Assembly (NCBI GenBank): GCA_050287085.1
Contig: JBNKBE010000018.1
Coordinates: forward strand, 1 to 64,000
DNA: 64,000 nucleotides
Origin: Polyangiaceae bacterium
Lineage (GTDB): Bacteria > Myxococcota_A > Polyangia > Polyangiales > Polyangiaceae
Direction: 5' to 3'
The translations under genes and the position numbers were made by a program. Below, piece by piece: positions 58,795 through 64,000 of this stretch. The notes beneath the pieces were generated by a model. The model worked only from the letters and a program-made list of their open reading frames with translations, did no database searches and was not told the origin of the DNA. The first letter of the stretch is position 1. Each line of letters opens with the position of its first letter.

Positions 58795-59092
58795 AGCCCA
58801 AGCCTAGCAGAACAAGCGTCTCCCTCGCGCGACTGAGTGGCTCAGAAGCACGCCCCTGTGCAATACCTGACCGTGGCGCCAGAGGGGCCCGCGGAGGGGA
58901 AAGTCAGCCGCGGGCCGGTCGAGACCGCCGCGAGGTGGGCGCGTGAGCAGCGACCGGTTCTGAGACCGAAGCGGTGGCTGTTTCTATCGCAGCGGCGGCT
59001 CCAGAAGCTAGAGCAGGCTCCAATTCAGCAGCGGGAGCGGCGCGCACACCGGACGCTCCATCAGACCCTGCAGCAGAAGTACGGGGAAGACC

Positions 59093-61453
59093 CTAGCCGG
59101 TGCTTCGCAGCTGATCGTCACTCTTCAGCGATGGCTCTAGGGCGGTGGCCAGCACCTCGTCGATATGCTCAACCAAATGAAAGCGTAGGGCGTCGCGAAC
59201 TTCAGCCGGCAGCTCATCGAGATCGTTCTCGTTGCGCCGAGGGACGATGACATCTGTGAGCCCGGCGCGATGGGCGGCCAACACCTTGTGCTTGATGCCA
59301 CCGACCGGAAGCACCTGCCCCAACAGCGTGACCTCGCCTGTCATGCCGACCGTCGCACGGACCGCGCGCTTCGTCAGCAGGCTCACGAGAGCCGTCACCA
59401 GCGTAATGCCTGCCGACGGACCGTCTTTGGGTGTAGCTCCGGCGGGGACGTGTAGATGAAAACGTCCCCCGCCGAACCGCGCCTGGGGAATGCCGAGGTC
59501 CTCACTATGAGCCCCCACGTACGACAACGCAATCCGCGCCGACTCCTGCATGACCTCACCCAGCTGCCCGGTGAGCACCAACGATGCAGCTCCGTCAGCG
59601 TCCTCCTTGCCCATACGCGACGCCTCCACGAACAGTACCTCCCCACCGGCACCCGTCACAGAAAGTCCTGTCGCCACACCGGGCTGAGCGGTACGCATAG
59701 CGCTCTCGTGATGGACTTTGGCGGGCCCGAGCGCGCGGCGCAGCTCCGCTTCGTCCAACTGAATCGGTACGGCGACAGATCTTGCGGCGATGCGTCCCGA
59801 CTGCTTGCGCATCAGCTTACCGATCTGACGTTCGAGCCCGCGTACTCCTGCCTCGCGCGTGTAGTCACGAATGAGCAAAGCAAGGGTTTCTGAAGGCACA
59901 ACAACGTCGTCCTCCATGAGGCCCGCAATGTGTCGCTGGCGCGGCAACAAGTGATCGCGCGCGATCGCAACCTTCTCGGATTCCGTGTAGCCTTCGAGAG
60001 ATAGAATCTCCATCCGATCTCGCAGAGCTGGTGGAATAGTATCTAGGACATTTGCGGTACAGATGAACACCACTTCCGACAGATCGAGCGGCACCTCCAA
60101 GTAGTGGTCCTTGAAAGCGTGGTTCTGCGCTGGGTCGAGAACCTCTAGCAGGGCGGCCGCAGGGTCGCCGCGCCAGTCGGCTCCGACCTTGTCGATTTCA
60201 TCCAACATGAATACTGGATTCATGCTGCCCGCTTCCTTGAGGCCCCGCACCAAGCGACCGGGCATCGCCCCAACGTAGGTACGACGGTGTCCGCGAATCT
60301 CCGCTTCGTCCCGCACGCCCCCCAGCGCGACGCGTGCAAAACGCCTTCCTAGCGCTCTTGCAATCGATTCACCCAGGCTCGTCTTTCCGACGCCTGGTGG
60401 CCCAACGAGGGTCAGTATGGCGCCCGCGCCGCGTCCTCGAGGCGCCTCGATACCTCGCTCTTGTCGGAGCTTCAGCACCGATAGATGCTCCATGATACGC
60501 TCCTTGACGTCGACAAGACCGCTGTGATCTTCGTCCAGAATGCGTTGGGCACGTTCGAGATCCACCTCAGCGGCGGCACGTTCACCCCAGGGGAGATCCA
60601 GAATCCAGTCTAGATAGTTGCGCAAGTACGCGTGCTCCCCGCTCTGTTCGCTGGTTCGCTCGAAGCGACGCAACTCCCGCTCGACTTGCTTCCGGACGTC
60701 CTCTGGAAGCTCTGCAGCAGCTATTCGCTTCTTGTAGCCGTCGACCAGAGATTCATCGTCGGAAACCTCACCCAGCTCCTTCTGGATGGTTTCCAACTGC
60801 TTGCGCAGTATGAACTCGCGCTGAGCCTTTCCCATATCCTCCGCAACGTCGCTGCGGATCTTGTGTTTGACCTCCACTTCAGTTGCGACCTTCTCGCATA
60901 GGGCATGAGCCAGTCGCAGACGTTCTTCCACGTCCAGCGCTTCGAGAAGCTGCAGCCGTTCTCGCACTTCGAGTTCCGGTAGATACCCGACCAGGTCCGC
61001 GAGACGCCCAGGCGCCAAGACGTCGGAGAGCGCTTCAGCCAATGGCGGCATACTACGACGTTCAAGTATGCTTTCCAGCATGCGGCGTAGGTCTTGCGCC
61101 AGGTCGAGTGCGGTGCGCGTGCTTACGTCGCTGTCAGGCTTCAGTCTCGCCTCGACCCACAAGGCGTCACCTGTTCCCGATACGCCCATTCCGATGGCAG
61201 CACGCTCTTCGACGTCCACGATCACTACGTCTGTGCCACCCGCCGTGCGGGCGCGCCCAGCAACACGCGCTACGGTCCCGATGGCCGAGTACTTGTTGTC
61301 GGGACGAGGAACGGCAACGAACCTTCCTTGGGCGTGTTCAGCGGCAAGCACGACAGCCTGCGCCTCGGGAGTTTCCAAGATCAGCGGGACACGAAGCCCC
61401 GGGAGCAGAACATTGGTCCCGAGCTGCAACATGGGAAAGAATTGCTCGTTCAT
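59093..61453 (-). CDS. lon: ATP-dependent Lon protease (endopeptidase La)
   Basis: LON-N domain, GPPGVGKTS, GHRRTYVGAMPG, LDEIDK, PKDGPSAG (catalytic Ser), VGGIKHK (catalytic Lys). Confidence 0.97.
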   Translation of the reverse strand: MNEQFFPMLQLGTNVLLPGLRVPLILETPEAQAVVLAAEHAQGRFVAVPRPDNKYSAIGTVARVAGRARTAGGTDVVIVDVEERAAIGMGVSGTGDALWVEARLKPDSDVSTRTALDLAQDLRRMLESILERRSMPPLAEALSDVLAPGRLADLVGYLPELEVRERLQLLEALDVEERLRLAHALCEKVATEVEVKHKIRSDVAEDMGKAQREFILRKQLETIQKELGEVSDDESLVDGYKKRIAAAELPEDVRKQVERELRRFERTSEQSGEHAYLRNYLDWILDLPWGERAAAEVDLERAQRILDEDHSGLVDVKERIMEHLSVLKLRQERGIEAPRGRGAGAILTLVGPPGVGKTSLGESIARALGRRFARVALGGVRDEAEIRGHRRTYVGAMPGRLVRGLKEAGSMNPVFMLDEIDKVGADWRGDPAAALLEVLDPAQNHAFKDHYLEVPLDLSEVVFICTANVLDTIPPALRDRMEILSLEGYTESEKVAIARDHLLPRQRHIAGLMEDDVVVPSETLALLIRDYTREAGVRGLERQIGKLMRKQSGRIAARSVAVPIQLDEAELRRALGPAKVHHESAMRTAQPGVATGLSVTGAGGEVLFVEASRMGKEDADGAASLVLTGQLGEVMQESARIALSYVGAHSEDLGIPQARFGGGRFHLHVPAGATPKDGPSAGITLVTALVSLLTKRAVRATVGMTGEVTLLGQVLPVGGIKHKVLAAHRAGLTDVIVPRRNENDLDELPAEVRDALRFHLVEHIDEVLATALEPSLKSDDQLRSTG

Positions 61454-61549
61454 GTGCTTCGCAAGGTGGATCCGCGTTTGGAGTTCGCAACCGGCGGAGC
61501 GCAGTTTTTCTCAGCGCCCCTGCCGCTGCACAAAGACGCCCTCACCCGC

Positions 61550-61577
61550 TTGACACCGCCCAGACCGTGGCTAGATG
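61550..61577 (+). promoter_or_regulatory. Possible sigma70-type promoter upstream of the TatD gene
   Basis: TTGACA (61550-61555), 16-nt spacer, TAGATG (imperfect -10). Confidence 0.35.
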
Positions 61578-61813
61578 TCGACATTCCAACTGCAGCACAA
61601 GGTGCTTTCAGGTTGGGCTCAATCGTCTGGCCCAGGAGCGACACTCGCCAGAGCAGTGGAGTGGCTTACCGTGGTCCGGCGCGACTGGGGCGTGGAGCTC
61701 ACCCATCAGACCCTCGACGTAGCCTTCGAGGAAGACGCTCGCCCGTGGATTCGATACAGCCCACGCAGCCTGTCCTCGACACGACCTCGCGGGAAGACTA
61801 GACCAACGCAGTT

Positions 61814-62617
61814 ATGGGCTGGTTCGATGTCCACGCACACCTCACACACGAGCGCTTCGACGCTCAACTCGAAGCCACGCTAGAGCGCGCGAGAACGTGC
61901 GGGCTCACCAGCATCATCACCAACGGGCTCAACCCAAGCGACAACGACGCGGTGAGCGCCCTGGCCGGGGAGCATCCCCTGGTTCGGCCGGCATATGGCT
62001 TCTACCCGGTAGACGCGGTGCTCGCGGACATGCTGGCGGCGGGAGAGGAATACCCCGCAACGCGACCGCCTTGTACCGCTGAAGAAGGGGTGCGCTCGGT
62101 GCGAGAGCACGTCGAGGACGCCTTCGCCGTCGGCGAAATCGGCCTGGACGGCTATTGGGTGAAAGAACGGCATTGGGGCAAGCAGGAGGACGTCTTCCGC
62201 GAGCTGGTGGAGCTCGCGATGCAAGCGCAGAAGCCAATCATCATCCACACTCGCAAACGTGAAAGGCGCACCCTAGAAGTGCTAGATGAGCTGGGAGCCC
62301 AACGGGTCAACTGGCATTGTTTCGGAGGGCGCGTCTCGCTCGCCCGTGAGATCGCAAGTCGCGGGCACTTTCTTTCGATCCCAGCAAACGCCCGACGAAG
62401 TCAGAGTTTCACGCGCATACTCGAAACCGTAGACCGCCGTCAGCTGCTCTTGGAGACTGATTGCCCCTATCTGGGGCCCACTCCCGGAAGTATCAACGAA
62501 CCCGCAAACGTCCTCGTCACGGCCGAATATATCGCTGAGCTATGGCACATGACGCTCAGCGATGTGGAAGCACAGCTGTGCGAAAACTACGAGCGACTCT
62601 TCGGCTCGCCGCCATGA
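61814..62617 (+). CDS. TatD-family hydrolase/DNase
   Basis: DVHAHL, GEIGLD, IIHTR, WHCF, LLETDCPY, NEPANV. Confidence 0.92.
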   Translation: MGWFDVHAHLTHERFDAQLEATLERARTCGLTSIITNGLNPSDNDAVSALAGEHPLVRPAYGFYPVDAVLADMLAAGEEYPATRPPCTAEEGVRSVREHVEDAFAVGEIGLDGYWVKERHWGKQEDVFRELVELAMQAQKPIIIHTRKRERRTLEVLDELGAQRVNWHCFGGRVSLAREIASRGHFLSIPANARRSQSFTRILETVDRRQLLLETDCPYLGPTPGSINEPANVLVTAEYIAELWHMTLSDVEAQLCENYERLFGSPP

Positions 62618-62648
62618 CGCTGCCCTTGGTGGCCGGCGCTGCTGCCCA

Positions 62649-63263
62649 CTAGCAGCCGTCGAACTCGACGCCGGTTCCACCGAGTCCGCAATAGCCGCCC
62701 GGGTTCTTGGCTAGATACTGCTGATGATAAGCCTCAGCAAAGTAGAAGACTTGACGTTCCCGCAGCTCGGTTGTGATCGCGCCAAAACCGCGGGCCCGCA
62801 GACGCTCTTGGTAACGCTGCAACGACTCTTGTGCCGTCGCTAACTGCCCCGCATCCCCGTAGATGGTTGAACGATATTGCGTACCGCGATCGTGCCCCTG
62901 TCGCATGCCCTGCGTTGGGTCATGACTTTCCCAAAACAGCTGGAGAACGGCCTGAAGATGTTCAGCCGGGTAGGTGATCCGAACCACCTCGCTATGGCCA
63001 GTTCGACCGCTACATACCTCCTCGTAAGTTGGGTTGGGAGTCGCGCCGCCCGCGTATCCTACTGCGGTGCAACGCACGAACTCCGCTTGCCAGAACTTGC
63101 GCTCGGCGCCCCAGAAGCACCCCATACCCAGCAGGATGTTCTCCCCATCCGGGGGTGGATCGAGCGGCACTCCGAGGACATGATGGTGACCGGGAACCGG
63201 CATCGCCGAGGTGCGCCCGGCAAGCACGTGCGCGGGGACGAGAGCCGAGGAATCAAATGCCAT
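62649..63263 (-). CDS. msrA: Peptide-methionine (S)-S-oxide reductase
   Basis: [48 protein letters not shown]. Confidence 0.96.
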   Translation of the reverse strand: MAFDSSALVPAHVLAGRTSAMPVPGHHHVLGVPLDPPPDGENILLGMGCFWGAERKFWQAEFVRCTAVGYAGGATPNPTYEEVCSGRTGHSEVVRITYPAEHLQAVLQLFWESHDPTQGMRQGHDRGTQYRSTIYGDAGQLATAQESLQRYQERLRARGFGAITTELRERQVFYFAEAYHQQYLAKNPGGYCGLGGTGVEFDGC

Positions 63264-63339
63264 CGTCGCTCAGTTCTGCGGCCCTGAGCTGCAATGCGCA
63301 AGGCCGAAAAAGAAGCCCCCCGCGCGCGCATGGCAAAGC

Positions 63340-64000
63340 TCAGTCACGACAATTTCGCCTGACAGAGTCGAGATCGAGATCCTTGCATTCCGCGCCGGCG
63401 GGCGCCGCAAAGAGCCGCCCGCTCTCGGTACAAATGCAGGCCAGAGTGTCGTCTTGCTGCACGACGCACTCGACGCGCTCACCATCGAACGAGAGTGGGC
63501 AGACAGCTTTTGCTGGCTGGGACAGACAGGCATCAAAGACGTCGACCGGTTCTAGACCGCAGCCGGGCGCTGAAAACATGGTGCCGTCATCCATGCACTG
63601 ACACTGGGTATTGCCCGCGCGGGTGGTGCAACGAACACCAGGATACGCCTCTCGGTATAGGCAGGAAGACTCGGAACAGCTCTCGAAAAAGACCGCTTCC
63701 GCGGCGGAGTCCAGTGGATGACAAGCGTCCAGAACCATTCGCGCTTCGCCCCCGGGACAGTCGCAAAATAAGGCGTCATTGCGATAACCGTGGCAGTCCA
63801 TCTGGAGCTCCGCGAAGGAACAGGTCTCCAACAGTCCAGCAAAACGCCGACGGCTGAACCAACAGTCCGCCATGGCCCGAAAGAAGTCTGCCTGCTCCGA
63901 CGTGAGAAAGGTCTGCTCGCGAGGCGCGCAGTCTGGACACGCTGCAACACCACGCTCGCTCTGCATCACGTTGAACTCGCAGTCGCAACTTGCGACTCCG
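63340..64000 (-). CDS. Cys-rich repeat protein, 5'-partial (C-terminal part only)
   Basis: Frame is open to the window edge; repeated C-x(7-8)-CxC units (MDCHGYRNDALFCDC, VRCTTRAGNTQCQC, VECVVQQDDTLACIC). Confidence 0.7.
   Translation of the reverse strand, partial: GVASCDCEFNVMQSERGVAACPDCAPREQTFLTSEQADFFRAMADCWFSRRRFAGLLETCSFAELQMDCHGYRNDALFCDCPGGEARMVLDACHPLDSAAEAVFFESCSESSCLYREAYPGVRCTTRAGNTQCQCMDDGTMFSAPGCGLEPVDVFDACLSQPAKAVCPLSFDGERVECVVQQDDTLACICTESGRLFAAPAGAECKDLDLDSVRRNCRD

Noticed and set aside
61575..61883. 102-aa plus-strand ORF
   Set aside because: Its ATG lies within the putative -10 box, it has no SD, it overlaps the TatD gene by 70 bp out of frame, and it has no motifs
1..64000. 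Stop-codon reassignment (many genes end in TAG); tRNA or rRNA genes
   Set aside because: Conserved proteins (PriA, IlvD, MsrA, GmhA) end at expected lengths at TAG, and no tRNA cloverleaf or rRNA-like sequence was recognised

Overview
GC-rich bacterial chromosomal window. The protein repertoire (Ser/Thr kinase-TPR/PEGA module, Cys/Asp-rich repeat lipoproteins, HTH-less LacI-type sensor) points to a myxobacterium of the Polyangiales type; this is an inference. About 46 CDS can be supported. Housekeeping genes: priA, a stand-alone pheT, prlC, ilvD, gmhA, lon, a TatD-family gene and msrA. Other content: a TPR-Slt lytic transglycosylase, an orphan fliO/fliP(sctR)-like pair, a GldA/F/G-like ABC operon with a DUF4340 gene, an AraC-RND-TolC efflux locus, and a kinase signalling operon. 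The main accessory feature is a ~12 kb ABC-transporter-dependent (kps-type) capsule export and Kdo-linker operon (kpsF, DVU3141-like lipoprotein, kpsMTED, kdsA, a kdsC-kdsB fusion, kpsC, kpsS). It has a sigma70-like promoter and a ~380 nt structured leader but no polymer glycosyltransferases. The first gene (receiver-PAS-HisKA) appears cut by an IS end at the window edge. Several genes have a -10-like hexamer 6-7 nt before the start codon, consistent with leaderless mRNAs. No rRNA, tRNA or CRISPR array was recognised. All family calls come from motif recognition by eye, not database searches.
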